A stretch of 64,000 bases of DNA. Source: Candidatus Kaiserbacteria bacterium. Lineage in GTDB: Bacteria > Patescibacteriota > Minisyncoccia > Phycocordibacterales > UBA2100. Positions within the stretch are counted from its first letter, which is position 1. The number at the start of each line of letters is the position of its first letter. The notes under the pieces were generated by a model. The model was not told where the DNA came from. It worked only from the letters and a program-made list of their open reading frames with translations, and made no database searches. The translations under genes were made by a program, and so were the position numbers. Below, piece by piece: positions 35,951-46,437 of this stretch. Location of the stretch: assembly GCA_016217965.1 (NCBI GenBank), contig JACRFI010000016.1:65837-129836 (forward strand), read 5' to 3'.

Positions 35951-37138
35951 ATGTACGGCAAGCTACAAGAACAATTGTCAAATGAGCTTGTTGCAATGAA
36001 GGAGAATGGCACGCATAAAGTTGCGCGAATCATTGAATCGAAACAGGGAAGAGAGATAAAGGTGGGAGGAAAGAAATATCTAAATTTCTGCTCCAATAAT
36101 TATCTTGGTCTTTCTGGCACGAAACTACTTGAAGATGCATCCGAAAAAGCGGTGAAGAAATGGGGGTATGGACTTGCCTCAGTGCGGTTTATCTGTGGCA
36201 CACAAACAATCCATAAAGACCTCGAGAAGGCGGTAGCGGATTTTGTGGGGATGGAAGATGCCATTACTTATTCTTCCTGCTTCATGGCGAACGTTGGATT
36301 ATTCCAGACGTTCTTTACGGACCAAGATGCGATCATCAGCGACGAATTAAACCACGCATCCATCATCGATGCGGTGCGCCTCACGAAATCCGAGCGGCAT
36401 GTCTACAAGCACATGGATATGCAAGACCTTGAGGAAAAACTTAAGGCTACGAAAGACAAGCGCTTCCGCGTAATCGCGACAGACGGCGTGTACAGCATGG
36501 ATGGCGATATTGCCCCACTCGATAAGATCTGCGATTTGGCTGATAAATACGATGCGCTTGTGATGGTAGACGATGCGCACGCAAATGGCGTCATGGGAAA
36601 GAAGGGCGGTGGAACGCCGCAGCATTTCGGTGTCGAGAAACGGGTAGATTTTCTCACCGGTACGTTTGGAAAAGCCCTGGGCGGGGCAGGCGGAGCATTT
36701 ACTGCAGGGCGCAAAGAGACGATAGAATACCTTCGCAATCGCTCGCGCACGTACCTTTTCTCCAATTCATTGGACACCGCAGTGACGGGCGCTTCGCTTT
36801 TCGTCATCAACTACCTCAAGAAGCATCCCGAACATCGTGAGAAATTGTGGGAGAACACAAATTTATTCCGGAAACTGATGAAAGAGAAAGGCTTTTCTGT
36901 ACCGGACGCAGAGCACCCGATCACGCCCATCATGCTTGGAGATGAGAAAAAAGCAGTTGATATGGCGGCAGCTCTCTTCAAAGAAGGGATATATGTTATC
37001 GGATTTGCATTTCCTGTGGTTCCAAAGGGGAAAGCGCGCATCCGCGTGCAAGTTTCGGCAGCCCACACGACGAAAGATATAAAAACCGCAGTCGAAAAAT
37101 TCGCCAAGGTAGGCAAAAAATTCGGCGTTATTTCCTAG
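35951..37138 (+). CDS. kbl: 2-amino-3-ketobutyrate CoA ligase (glycine C-acetyltransferase)
   Basis: Alpha-oxoamine synthase family; ...YLNFCSNNYLGLSG... and a PLP Lys region. Confidence 0.8.
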   Translation: MYGKLQEQLSNELVAMKENGTHKVARIIESKQGREIKVGGKKYLNFCSNNYLGLSGTKLLEDASEKAVKKWGYGLASVRFICGTQTIHKDLEKAVADFVGMEDAITYSSCFMANVGLFQTFFTDQDAIISDELNHASIIDAVRLTKSERHVYKHMDMQDLEEKLKATKDKRFRVIATDGVYSMDGDIAPLDKICDLADKYDALVMVDDAHANGVMGKKGGGTPQHFGVEKRVDFLTGTFGKALGGAGGAFTAGRKETIEYLRNRSRTYLFSNSLDTAVTGASLFVINYLKKHPEHREKLWENTNLFRKLMKEKGFSVPDAEHPITPIMLGDEKKAVDMAAALFKEGIYVIGFAFPVVPKGKARIRVQVSAAHTTKDIKTAVEKFAKVGKKFGVIS

Positions 37139-37154
37139 TGCTATACTGCCGCGC

Positions 37155-38291
37155 ATGAATGCGAAGCTGCGTGCTGAAGAATTTCTGTCTCGAACCAGCG
37201 TAACGCTGAATGGTCCCAATCCTTGGGATCCGCAGATACACGACGAACGGTTGTACGACCGTATTTTTAGCGGCGGAACACTCGCGGTCGGGGAAAGTTA
37301 TATGGACGGATGGTGGGACGTGGAGAATATGTCGGAGTTTTTCTTTCGGCTCTTCCACTCACAAGCAGCTCAAACGGCGCCACTCCTTAGCGTGGCGATG
37401 GTGATCCAGTTGGCGAAGTCGGCATTTCTGAATCTGCAAAATCAAAAAAGAGCATACGAAGTGGGCCGAAGGCATTACGACATCGGCAACGATCTGTATG
37501 AAAAAATGCTCGATACGCGAATGATGTATTCCTGCGGATATTGGAAAGAAGCGAAGACGCTGGAAAAATCGCAAGAAGATAAACTTGATCTCATCTGCAG
37601 AAAGATCGGCCTTAAGACGGGGGATACCGTACTCGATATTGGATGCGGATGGGGCGGCTTTGCAGCGTTTGCCGCTGAGAGGTACGGAGCGAAGGTAACC
37701 GGTATCACTATCTCGAAGGAACAGGCAGCGTTAGCACAGCAGAGGACAAGCGAATTGGACGTTGACATCCGTTTGCAGGATTGGCGCACGCTTGGCGGAG
37801 AAACGTATACGCATATTGTTTCTGTCGGCATGTTTGAACATGTCGGCCCCAAAAATTATCGGGTATTCATGCAAAAAGTACGAGAATTACTCTCTGATGA
37901 GGGGCTATTCCTACTCCAGACGATCGGTAACGGCAAGACCGTGCGGCATCTTGAGCCATGGTATGACAGATATATCTTTCCTAACGGGCATTTGCCGTCC
38001 ACGGCGCAGATAACGAAAGCCACCGACCGAAAATGGTACGGGGAGGCCTTGCTCACGATGGAAGACTGGCACAATTTCGGTTCCGATTACGATAAGACGC
38101 TCTCTGCCTGGTACGAAAACTTCGAACGCGCGTGGCCGGATATAAAAGAAAAATATGATGAGCGATTCCGGCGCATGTGGAAATATTACCTGCTTCAGTC
38201 GGCAGGGATGTTCCGCGCACGTTATATCCACCTCTGGCAGATCGTATTCTCAAAAACGGGCATGGTTGGTGGGTACGCGTCAATACGCTAG
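37155..38291 (+). CDS. cfa: cyclopropane-fatty-acyl-phospholipid synthase family methyltransferase
   Basis: ...VLDIGCGWGGFAAFAAERYGAKVTGITIS... Confidence 0.8.
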   Translation: MNAKLRAEEFLSRTSVTLNGPNPWDPQIHDERLYDRIFSGGTLAVGESYMDGWWDVENMSEFFFRLFHSQAAQTAPLLSVAMVIQLAKSAFLNLQNQKRAYEVGRRHYDIGNDLYEKMLDTRMMYSCGYWKEAKTLEKSQEDKLDLICRKIGLKTGDTVLDIGCGWGGFAAFAAERYGAKVTGITISKEQAALAQQRTSELDVDIRLQDWRTLGGETYTHIVSVGMFEHVGPKNYRVFMQKVRELLSDEGLFLLQTIGNGKTVRHLEPWYDRYIFPNGHLPSTAQITKATDRKWYGEALLTMEDWHNFGSDYDKTLSAWYENFERAWPDIKEKYDERFRRMWKYYLLQSAGMFRARYIHLWQIVFSKTGMVGGYASIR

Positions 38292-38376
38292 AAGGGTAAG
38301 ACATAAGACAACTTATCAACACCTCTCTCTTGCACTGCCGTTTGACTGTAGAACGTTCGTTCTATAGACTGGAGGG

Positions 38377-39063
38377 ATGGGTCCCATTAGAAATAGCACA
38401 CCTAAATCCTCCGGACGCGTTGGTGCGGGTGTGATTTCTAACGGGATACATAATTACGAGAGGACAAAGGCGAGGAGGCGGGCGTATAGAAAGAAGATGC
38501 AGGGCGAGTTTGATGAACCTCTGCGGCGGTTCCTCTCGGAAAAGAAGCGAATGCCGAGCTTCGCGGAACTGATGGAGATATGGAACTATCGAACGAAGAG
38601 CGCCGTGCACTATCGTATCCAAGAGTTAGCCGATAGAGGTGTCATCCGAAAGGATGGGACGGGAAGAATAGTGCCCCTCCGGCTAGAGAAGGGAACAAGG
38701 CTTCTGGGCGTCGTCGAAGCCGGGTTTCCTTCGGCTGCCGAAGAAGAGCTTTTGGACGTCATGAATTTTGACGAATTTCTGACGCCCAATAAAGAATCGA
38801 GCTACATCCTCAAAGTAAAGGGGGACTCGATGAAAGATGCCGGGATACAGCCAGGAGACATGGTCATTGTCGAGCGAAAAAATAATTACAAGCCAGGGCA
38901 AATAGTTATCGCGATGATAGACGGCGAGTACACAATGAAGTATTTGCGAAAAAGAGGCGAGCAGCACTATTTGGAGCCTGCGAATTCGCGGTACAAACCT
39001 ATTTTTCCCAAAGAGTCGTTCAAGATAGAGGCTGCAGTAACCGCCGTAGTGCGCAAGTATTAA
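38377..39063 (+). CDS. lexA: LexA-like S24 repressor (start may be an internal Met)
   Basis: An HTH region, then ...KVKGDSMKDAGIQPGDMVIVER...GQIVIAMIDGEYTMKYL... (Ser/Lys dyad context). Confidence 0.7.
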   Translation: MGPIRNSTPKSSGRVGAGVISNGIHNYERTKARRRAYRKKMQGEFDEPLRRFLSEKKRMPSFAELMEIWNYRTKSAVHYRIQELADRGVIRKDGTGRIVPLRLEKGTRLLGVVEAGFPSAAEEELLDVMNFDEFLTPNKESSYILKVKGDSMKDAGIQPGDMVIVERKNNYKPGQIVIAMIDGEYTMKYLRKRGEQHYLEPANSRYKPIFPKESFKIEAAVTAVVRKY

Positions 39064-39068
39064 TTTTT

Positions 39069-40376
39069 ATGACGTGGGGACGCTCTCTTTCATTCCCTCG
39101 TGCGATCATCCACATCGATGGCGATTCTTTTTTTGCCTCGTGCGAGATAGCAAAAGACCCGAAGTTGAAAGGGAAGCCAGTCATTACGGGAAAAGAGCGG
39201 GGCATCGTGTCCTCGTGCACGTATGATGTAAAAAAACGCGGTGTACAACGTGGCATGGAGTTAGGAGAAGCGAGAAAGATTTGTCCTGATGCGATCATCT
39301 TGCCGTCCGACTACGAAACGTACTCGCTCTTTTCAGAAAGGATGTACGAGATAGTGCGCCGTTACACGCCCACCGTCGAAGAGTATTCGATAGATGAATG
39401 CTTTGCGGACCTGACCGGCCTCAGGCGCGTGAACAAAATGAATTACCGTGATATGGCGCACTCCATCAAATTGGAACTTGCCGTAGAGCTTGGCATTACA
39501 TTTTCTGTCGGGCTTTCTGCGACGAAAGTCTTGGCGAAAATCGGCTCGAAATGGAAAAAACCAGATGGCTTCACCTCCATCCCCTTAAAGGACGCTCATA
39601 AATTTTTGGTGAAAACGCCAACAGGGAACATCTGGGGTATTGGGCCGAATACTGCAGCGTATCTCAAGAAGTACGGCATACAGACCGCTCTCGATTTCGT
39701 GAAGAAAGAAGAAGCGTGGGTTACCTCGATGCTCTCGAAACCATTTATTGAGACATGGAATGAATTGCGGGGCGAGGCTGTGTATGAAGTAACCACAAAG
39801 GGTAGAGAGTCATACCAATCCATCCAGAAGACGAAGACGTTCACGCCTCCGTCGCGCGACCAAAAATTCGTATTCTCGCAACTCTCAAAGAATATAGAGA
39901 ACGCGTGCATTAAGGCACGGCGCTGGAATGTGGCGGCTCCCGCAGTATTTTTTTTCCTCAAGACACAGGATTTTCGTTACCAGGGGTTTGAAATAAAGTT
40001 GTCGCATCCTACAAATGTGCCGCAGGATATTCTGCGTGTGGTAACGGGCTATTTCCCGAAAGTCTTTAAAAACGGCGAGTTGTATCGTGCGACCGGCGTC
40101 ACTTTGATGAAATTACAGAAAAGTACTTCTGCCCAACTCGACCTTTTCGGGAACGTGGTCGCAACCGAGGGCCTGAGACAAGTATTCGAGAGCGTGGACG
40201 ACTTGTCGCGCCGATACGGGAAGCATGTCGTATTTCTGGGTTCCAGTTTTGAGGCAATGCGTTTCGGGGCGCATCTAGGAGAGCGCGGAGACATGCCGGA
40301 GCGCACCAGACAATTATTTAAAGGCGAAACTGCTCGGCGGCGGCTGGCAATTCCCATGCTGGGCGAGGTTAATTAG
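39069..40376 (+). CDS. dinB: Y-family DNA polymerase IV
   Basis: IIHIDGDSFFASCE...YSIDECFADLTG... Confidence 0.85.
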   Translation: MTWGRSLSFPRAIIHIDGDSFFASCEIAKDPKLKGKPVITGKERGIVSSCTYDVKKRGVQRGMELGEARKICPDAIILPSDYETYSLFSERMYEIVRRYTPTVEEYSIDECFADLTGLRRVNKMNYRDMAHSIKLELAVELGITFSVGLSATKVLAKIGSKWKKPDGFTSIPLKDAHKFLVKTPTGNIWGIGPNTAAYLKKYGIQTALDFVKKEEAWVTSMLSKPFIETWNELRGEAVYEVTTKGRESYQSIQKTKTFTPPSRDQKFVFSQLSKNIENACIKARRWNVAAPAVFFFLKTQDFRYQGFEIKLSHPTNVPQDILRVVTGYFPKVFKNGELYRATGVTLMKLQKSTSAQLDLFGNVVATEGLRQVFESVDDLSRRYGKHVVFLGSSFEAMRFGAHLGERGDMPERTRQLFKGETARRRLAIPMLGEVN

Positions 40377-41676
40377 GTTTCTTCAGAATGAGGCGCGTGA
40401 GGGGAGAGGCTTTCGAATAATGCACGTGCTTCGAAATGCGATTCCATAGCGACGAGGGGTCTTGAACTGCTCTTTCTGCCTCATCCCAGTCGAAATCGCC
40501 GCGCACGTACGCCCGTGAATCAAGTACACCATCCTCCGGCGGGAGATTTCTCATCCCGATCTCGTCGCCATAGTACATGATGATGGCGCCAGGAAGCGAA
40601 TACAAAAGTTCTAAGGCATCGAATATCCGCTCAGGCTCCTTCTCAAATATTGAGCCGAGGCGTACCGCCGTGTCTCTTTTGTGCCGAAAGAGATACTGGC
40701 GTTTTGGGTCAAGAAAATGAAGAAGCGCCGCGCGATCCTCCTCAGCAACGGTCGAGAAGGATATTTCATCATGGTTACGAAGGAAGTAAGCCCAGGCGCA
40801 GCTGTGCGGGATATCCCTTGATCTCTCTAGCATCAATTCCATCGGTTTTGTGTCGCGGCGCATTAGCGAATCGAAGAGTGCCTCGGCCATGGGGAAGTTG
40901 TATGCGAGATGGCATTCGTCACCATTCCCAAAGAAGGTTTTTATCTCTTCAACTTGGCGGTGCGCTTCGGCAAGTAGTACGATGCTGCCTCCGTACTTCG
41001 TGTCGAGATGCTTACGCAGGCGTTTCAAAATGGCATGCGTTGCCGCAAGGTCCTGTGATTTTGTCTCGTACTTGATGAGGTGCGATGTTGCATCAAGGCG
41101 GAAACCATCCACGCCGCGGTCTGCCCAAAAGTCCATATGCGCGAGCATCGCCTCGACCACCTCTTCGTTTCTCCAATTCAAGTCAGGTTGTTCTGAATAG
41201 AACGTTGCAAAGTAGTAGTCGCCAGTAGGTTCATTGCGTATCCAGTTTGATGGTTTTATGTGCGGAAACGAATTGGTCTCGTGTGCGTACTCTCTTCCGC
41301 TTTCGCTCCACAAAAAATAATCGCGCTTGGAATTATGTCTTGAAGAACGCGCCTCGATGAACCATGGGTGATGTTCGGAAACATGGTTCAGAACGAAATC
41401 AACAATTATTTTTATGCCTTTCTCGTGAGCTGCAACAATGAGCGCATCGAAATCGTCCAGAGTTCCCAATTCAGGACGAACATTAAGGTAGTCCATCACG
41501 TCGTACCCCCCATCAACCATTGGCGAAGGATAGTGAGGAAGAAGGTGGAGCGCATTTATTCCCAGTTTTTCAAAATAATCGAGCCGTGTTGTGAGATTCG
41601 CTATTGTCCCCGCGAACTTATCTATATAGAGCTCGTATATGCTTGCGTCTTTCCACCAGTGTTTTTTAACGGACAT
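40369..41676 (-). CDS. glycoside hydrolase family 13 (alpha-amylase/trehalose-synthase-like); alternative upstream start at 41874 would add a signal-like N-terminus
   Basis: ...DASIYELYIDKF...GIKIIVDFVLNHVSEHHPWF...GVDGFRLDA... Confidence 0.8.
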   Translation of the reverse strand: MSVKKHWWKDASIYELYIDKFAGTIANLTTRLDYFEKLGINALHLLPHYPSPMVDGGYDVMDYLNVRPELGTLDDFDALIVAAHEKGIKIIVDFVLNHVSEHHPWFIEARSSRHNSKRDYFLWSESGREYAHETNSFPHIKPSNWIRNEPTGDYYFATFYSEQPDLNWRNEEVVEAMLAHMDFWADRGVDGFRLDATSHLIKYETKSQDLAATHAILKRLRKHLDTKYGGSIVLLAEAHRQVEEIKTFFGNGDECHLAYNFPMAEALFDSLMRRDTKPMELMLERSRDIPHSCAWAYFLRNHDEISFSTVAEEDRAALLHFLDPKRQYLFRHKRDTAVRLGSIFEKEPERIFDALELLYSLPGAIIMYYGDEIGMRNLPPEDGVLDSRAYVRGDFDWDEAERAVQDPSSLWNRISKHVHYSKASPLTRLILKKPN

Positions 41677-42152
41677 ATGTGGGGATTGCCTTTGTATAAC
41701 ATGCGCGTGAGCGAGCAAGAAGCGCGAGTGTAACTTCAGAGAGGATTCATTCGTGCGTGCCACCGTGTGAGCGGCAGAGGGCTTCTGGGCGGGAGTGCTC
41801 TGCAGTCGCGCATTACAAGACCTAACAACCATTCCCACTATGGCTAATAACACGGCGAATAGTCCTGGCCGCACAGCGGATTCTTCTGCGGCGGGATGGG
41901 TCGTTGCGGCAGTAATTGTTGTTGCAGTGATCCTCGGACTTATCTACCTCTTGCCGTATCTTTCCGGCTCAACTACGTCGCCCGCAGCGAACGTAAACGT
42001 AGAGATTCCGAACACGGGAGAACAGCAGACTCAGAATATGCCGGCTATGCAGGCGACAAGTTCTGGACTCCAGGGAACGAGTTCTACCCGATACTAGGAC
42101 GGCCGAGAGAGTCGGAAGACCGCCGCGCAAGACGCGGCGGTTTGTTCGCTTG

Positions 42153-42443
42153 TCATTTTCTGTCCTTTGATCCGCCCTGGACGTCGCTTACAGAAAGAGG
42201 GCTCGGCATTGGCTCGTGTGGGAGCCTTCCATCGATGACAATATTGTTCTTTTTCTCTATCTCCTCGACTTGTTGCCCCAGGATGCGCCCAAAGCGTTTC
42301 CCAAGCACCAAATCCGATGTGAACGCATACACTTTGTCGCCGCTTTCGAGTGCAAAATGAAGGAGTCCATTGATTATGCGCACGTGTACTTTGTCGACAA
42401 ATATTTTTTCAGGCCCTTTATGGAAGTCGTGCTTGTGGTCCAT
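42153..42443 (-). CDS. hypothetical small protein (uncertain)
   Basis: ORF only. The start was set at an internal Met because the tmRNA terminator hairpin occupies the upstream part of the ORF-track call. Confidence 0.25.
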   Translation of the reverse strand: MDHKHDFHKGPEKIFVDKVHVRIINGLLHFALESGDKVYAFTSDLVLGKRFGRILGQQVEEIEKKNNIVIDGRLPHEPMPSPLSVSDVQGGSKDRK

Positions 42444-42487
42444 GCGTACATTATGCTCTTTTTTGTTCGGCAAGCCAAATTCCAACA

Positions 42488-42512
42488 CAAAAGCCCGCAG
42501 TATGCGGGCTTT
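42488..42512 (-). terminator. intrinsic terminator hairpin just 3' of tmRNA (AAAAGCCCGCAuacUGCGGGCUUUU)
   Basis: A perfect 11-bp stem flanked by A/U tracts on both strands. Confidence 0.7.
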
Positions 42513-42519
42513 TGTTGAC

Positions 42520-42908
42520 TGGTGGAGGTGGGGGTTTTGAAACCCCGTCCAGAAAATGATGCACAATAGCTTCTACAAGACATAGTTCATCTTGAAGGTT
42601 CGCCGACGCATGTAAAAGATGAACGAAATCATGCATCGACTAACTCTCTTTCTTTAGGTTTCTGCTCGGAGTGAAATAGAAACCGGACCCGATGGTTATG
42701 ACGCTCACATTAACGGTATCGGATACCCGCTAAACGAACGGTCGTCTAGGCTTTACGCGTAAACGAGGCCGAGGTCTTTCGCCTGAATCGGAGAAAGAAC
42801 CCCCCGTGCAGTTTTGTTTGCACTTAGAGTTTGAACATTTTAAGGAAGGTGTTCGCTTCCGTCTTGCACACAAGCACACTGAATTTCCTGTCGAAACCAG
42901 TCACCCCC
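42520..42908 (-). ncRNA. ssrA: tmRNA (SsrA)
   Basis: The minus strand begins GGGGGUGACUGGUUUCGACAGG (tmRNA 5' consensus GGGG..UGA..GGUUUCGAC). It ends GGACGGGGUUUCAAAACCCCCACCUCCACCA (T-arm plus acceptor plus encoded CCA). The 5' GGGGGUG pairs with the 3' CACCUCC. smpB lies about 430 nt upstream on the same strand. Confidence 0.75.
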
Positions 42909-43342
42909 CACCTCTGATCCTACAAGAGGATCAGAGGTGGGGACTGGCTGTCACGAGTGCTTGAGGGTGGGCAGGAGCATGGCATCGGAGCCGCGCTCGC
43001 CGCCCGCGGCGTCATCGGGTCAGAACCCAAAGAAAACGTAGGGATGCAAACATCAGTACGAGCATAAGCTCGTTCTTGTATGCTGCAAACCACGCCATTT
43101 TTGTGCCCTCCGTTGTCACCCTCAAGCACTCGTTATTTAATTTTCAAAGAACATCAATCGGCGCCAAAGTGTGGCGAGATGAGTTTCCCCAGAGCCCGCC
43201 CCCCGACCCTCAGGGATGAGTAAACTTGTTGAGTGCCGCAACAATCGCGGCAAGTATAACAAATCCTACCCCCAAGCCGATCAGAGTGTGGTACAGATCC
43301 AGTTGGATCACCTCCTTCCTGGCTGCCACACTTTGAAGCTGA

Positions 43343-43783
43343 TTACCTTTTTATCGTCCTCTCAATCCTTCTCTTCTCTTCGCGCTCGCGTATTGTATGA
43401 CGCTTGTCTTCTTTTTTCTTGCCTCGCGCGATGCCTATAGCGAGCTTAAGAACGTGACCTTTATTATACACCGAAATAGGCACTGCTGTCAATCCCTTTT
43501 CGCCTTCGGCTGAGGATATCCGGGCTATTTCCCTTGTATTAAGGAGCAATCGGCGCGGTCGTTCCGCATCATATCCCTTTGGCGCGTTCGCAATCTGCCA
43601 AGCAGGGATTGTCGCGCCAACCAAATATGCCTCGCCACCTCGCGCGACGACGCGCGCACCCTTTAGTGACCCCTGTTTATTCCGCAGCGATTTTACTTCG
43701 TAGCCAAAAAGCTCCATGCCTGCCTCGAGTTCCTCGATAACGTGGTATTCAAGCATTGCCCTTTTATTGTCGATGAGTGCCAT
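43343..43783 (-). CDS. smpB: SsrA-binding protein SmpB
   Basis: ...GYEVKSLRNKQGSLKGARVV...RPRRLLLNTREIARI...KGLTAVPISVYNKGHVLKLAIGIARGKKKEDKR... Confidence 0.9.
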   Translation of the reverse strand: MALIDNKRAMLEYHVIEELEAGMELFGYEVKSLRNKQGSLKGARVVARGGEAYLVGATIPAWQIANAPKGYDAERPRRLLLNTREIARISSAEGEKGLTAVPISVYNKGHVLKLAIGIARGKKKEDKRHTIREREEKRRIERTIKR

Positions 43784-43984
43784 GACGGCTACTATAGCGC
43801 GATTTTATGCTGCCTCTAAAAGTTGAGAAGAATGTATGCCTGCCCGTGCTGCCAATTTCGGCTTGCGCTAGCGTTTTCATCACGTGTTAATCACGTGAGG
43901 AGATGATTGTTGATTTGATGGCACGAAATATAATTTATTCAAAAAACTAGCCGAAATTGAGTTGCTGGGTATAATGCATCGTCT

Positions 43985-45925
43985 ATGTCCGAAGAAAAGG
44001 CTCCTGTGGGACAGAAGTCCCGAAAAGGAAAAAAGCCGAGTACACCGCCATCCGAGGGGCCAGGCATTTGGATGCAGCTTGCTGTTGCGTTTGCCGTGTT
44101 TCTCGTTCTTTCAGCCGGATACACTGCAGTACGCCAGTACCTCGATAGCAACAACGAAGAAATAGCCGTATCCCAACTCGCAGCAGACATAAAAGAAAAC
44201 AAAGTCGAGACGATAACAGTCGAAGGGGACACCATTAAGGCAACATACAAAGACAAGGCAGAAAAAACTTCTCAGAAAGAAAGCGAAGCGCCTCTTACTG
44301 AAACGCTTGAACGATACGGCCTTACGCCAGAGCAAATTGCGACAGTGAAAATAGAAATACAGGATCAGGGCGGCGTGCGTTTCTGGTTCCTCACTCTCGC
44401 GCCCCTTCTCATACCTGTCCTGCTTCTCATCGCCATCATGTGGTTCCTCTCGCGCCAGGTGCGCGGCGCGGGCATGCAAGCGTTCACGTTTGGCCGCTCA
44501 CTTGCGCGAATGATATCGCCTGATGACACGATACAGAAAGTCACATTTGCGGATGTTGCGGGCGCGAAAGAAGCGAAGTCGGAACTTCTTGAGATAGTAG
44601 ATTTTTTGAAGAATCCGAAAAAATTCATACAGATAGGTGCGCGCATTCCGAAAGGGGTACTTCTCATGGGTGCGCCTGGAACAGGAAAAACGCTTCTTGC
44701 GCGGGCAGTTGCGGGAGAAGCGGGGGTTCCATTCTTTTCCATTTCTGGCTCAGAGTTCGTTGAAATGTTCGTCGGTGTCGGCGCGTCGCGTGTCCGCGAC
44801 TTGTTCCAGACTGCGAAAAAAGCGGCACCCGCAATTGTGTTTATGGATGAAATTGATGCTGTTGGGCGAGTGCGGGGTTCAGGCGTGGGCGGTGGCAATG
44901 ATGAGCGCGAACAAACGCTAAATCAAATTCTTGTCGAAATGGATGGTTTCGAGCCGAATGAAAAAGTAATCGTGATGGCAGCATCAAACAGGCCAGATGT
45001 GCTTGATCCGGCACTCTTGAGGCCCGGACGATTCGACAGGCGCGTGACGATAGATCTTCCGGACCGTTCCGACAGAGAAGCAATTCTGAAAACGCATTCG
45101 CGGCAGAAGCCGATGGGACCTGACACGAATCTTATGGTCATCGCAGAGAGAACGCCTGGATTTTCAGGCGCGGACCTTGCGAATCTCATGAACGAGGGCG
45201 CAATCCTTGCGGCGAGGGAAGACAGGAAGGAATTGACCCAGTACGACCTCATTCGTTCGATAGAAAAAGTGATGCTTGGTCCCGAAAGGCGGAGCCATGT
45301 CCTCAATAAGAAAGAGAAAGAGATAACTGCATACCACGAAGCGGGCCACGCGCTAGTCGCTAGCGTCCTCACGTATGCCGATCCAGTCCATAAGGTTTCT
45401 ATCATTTCGCGCGGACGGGCCGCAGGCTACACACTGAAACTTCCGCTTGAAGATAGACGCATGCAATCGAAGTTGGAATTTCTGGATGACATCGCGGTTT
45501 CCCTCGGCGGTTACATTGCGGAAAAGATGGTATTCGAAGACATCACGACTGGTGCATCGAACGACCTTCAGGTTTTGTCGGCACTTGCGCGCGACATGGT
45601 CACAAAATATGGCATGTCTGACAAGATGGGACCCGTTGCGCTCGAACCCGCGCCTGGGCGCACACTTTTCGGCGCAGGAATAGAGCCGGGTGAGCAGTCA
45701 GAAGAAGTTGCTGCAGCTATTGATGGAGAGGTGAAGCTCATCGTCTCGGGTGCGTACAAACGGGCCGAAGAAGTCATGAAAAAACATCGCAAGGTCCTGG
45801 ACGCAATTGCGCATACGCTTATCGAGGTTGAGACTATCGAACGCGAGGAGTTCGAAAAGATCCTTATCGCTCATGGCATTGTTCCGAAGAAAAAACAAGA
45901 CATCGAACATCAGCCGTTAGCATAG
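43985..45925 (+). CDS. ftsH: ATP-dependent zinc metalloprotease FtsH
   Basis: N-terminal TM segments, the AAA module [23 protein letters not shown], and the HEAGHAL zinc site. Confidence 0.95.
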   Translation: MSEEKAPVGQKSRKGKKPSTPPSEGPGIWMQLAVAFAVFLVLSAGYTAVRQYLDSNNEEIAVSQLAADIKENKVETITVEGDTIKATYKDKAEKTSQKESEAPLTETLERYGLTPEQIATVKIEIQDQGGVRFWFLTLAPLLIPVLLLIAIMWFLSRQVRGAGMQAFTFGRSLARMISPDDTIQKVTFADVAGAKEAKSELLEIVDFLKNPKKFIQIGARIPKGVLLMGAPGTGKTLLARAVAGEAGVPFFSISGSEFVEMFVGVGASRVRDLFQTAKKAAPAIVFMDEIDAVGRVRGSGVGGGNDEREQTLNQILVEMDGFEPNEKVIVMAASNRPDVLDPALLRPGRFDRRVTIDLPDRSDREAILKTHSRQKPMGPDTNLMVIAERTPGFSGADLANLMNEGAILAAREDRKELTQYDLIRSIEKVMLGPERRSHVLNKKEKEITAYHEAGHALVASVLTYADPVHKVSIISRGRAAGYTLKLPLEDRRMQSKLEFLDDIAVSLGGYIAEKMVFEDITTGASNDLQVLSALARDMVTKYGMSDKMGPVALEPAPGRTLFGAGIEPGEQSEEVAAAIDGEVKLIVSGAYKRAEEVMKKHRKVLDAIAHTLIEVETIEREEFEKILIAHGIVPKKKQDIEHQPLA

Positions 45926-45985
45926 CTTGTAGCTTGTAATCGTCCTAGAAGCTGACAGCTAGAAGCTAGCAGCTATACTGGGGGC

Positions 45986-46249
45986 ATGGCGGACTACAAA
46001 CTTCCGGAGCCGGAAGATGAATTTGTTTCAGGAACGAAACCGAATTACTCCAAAACTGTCGCTGCGCACGTAAAAGATTTTACGGGCAAGATACGCCTCG
46101 CCAATACCATACAGCGGCTTGATGCATTGAAGCGCGACATCATCCGCTCTGACCTCGCAAATAATTTTCCCGCGAAAGAAGAACTGCGCAGGGCAGCGAA
46201 CGCAAGGGCAAAAGAGCTGGGTTTCAAGGGTGGAACATGGTGGAACTAA
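45986..46249 (+). CDS. hypothetical small protein
   Basis: ORF followed immediately by a strong terminator. Confidence 0.4.
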   Translation: MADYKLPEPEDEFVSGTKPNYSKTVAAHVKDFTGKIRLANTIQRLDALKRDIIRSDLANNFPAKEELRRAANARAKELGFKGGTWWN

Positions 46250-46284
46250 ATATCTCGCAGCAATCTGGCGAGATATTTAGTTTT
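46247..46284 (+). terminator. intrinsic terminator (11-bp stem AAAUAUCUCGC/GCGAGAUAUUU plus AGUUUUU)
   Basis: Seen directly in the sequence. Confidence 0.6.
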
Positions 46285-46437
46285 TGAGACCCGTCGGTTC
46301 TCAACGCTTGTCCACCAAGGTGGACTCCCGGCTCTCCTCGACGGGGAACCGAATGCGGTTCCCCGACCCCCTCCGCGCTTTGCGCAACGCGCAAAGATTA
46401 GCTGGAGAGACGGGGTTATGGTTAAATAACCCATGCT

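Noticed and set aside
41840-42097. Small plus-strand membrane-protein ORF (MANNTANSPGRT...VVAAVIVVAVILGLIYLL...)
   Set aside because: Plausible small TM protein, but it is short, without a clear RBS, and partly overlaps the alternative long N-terminus of the GH13 gene. Not enough support to call.
43296-43316. Possible 16S rRNA 3'-end fragment (GGATCACCTCCTT on plus strand)
   Set aside because: Only about 20 nt match and no 16S body precedes it. It is reported as an oddity in findings rather than as an rRNA feature.
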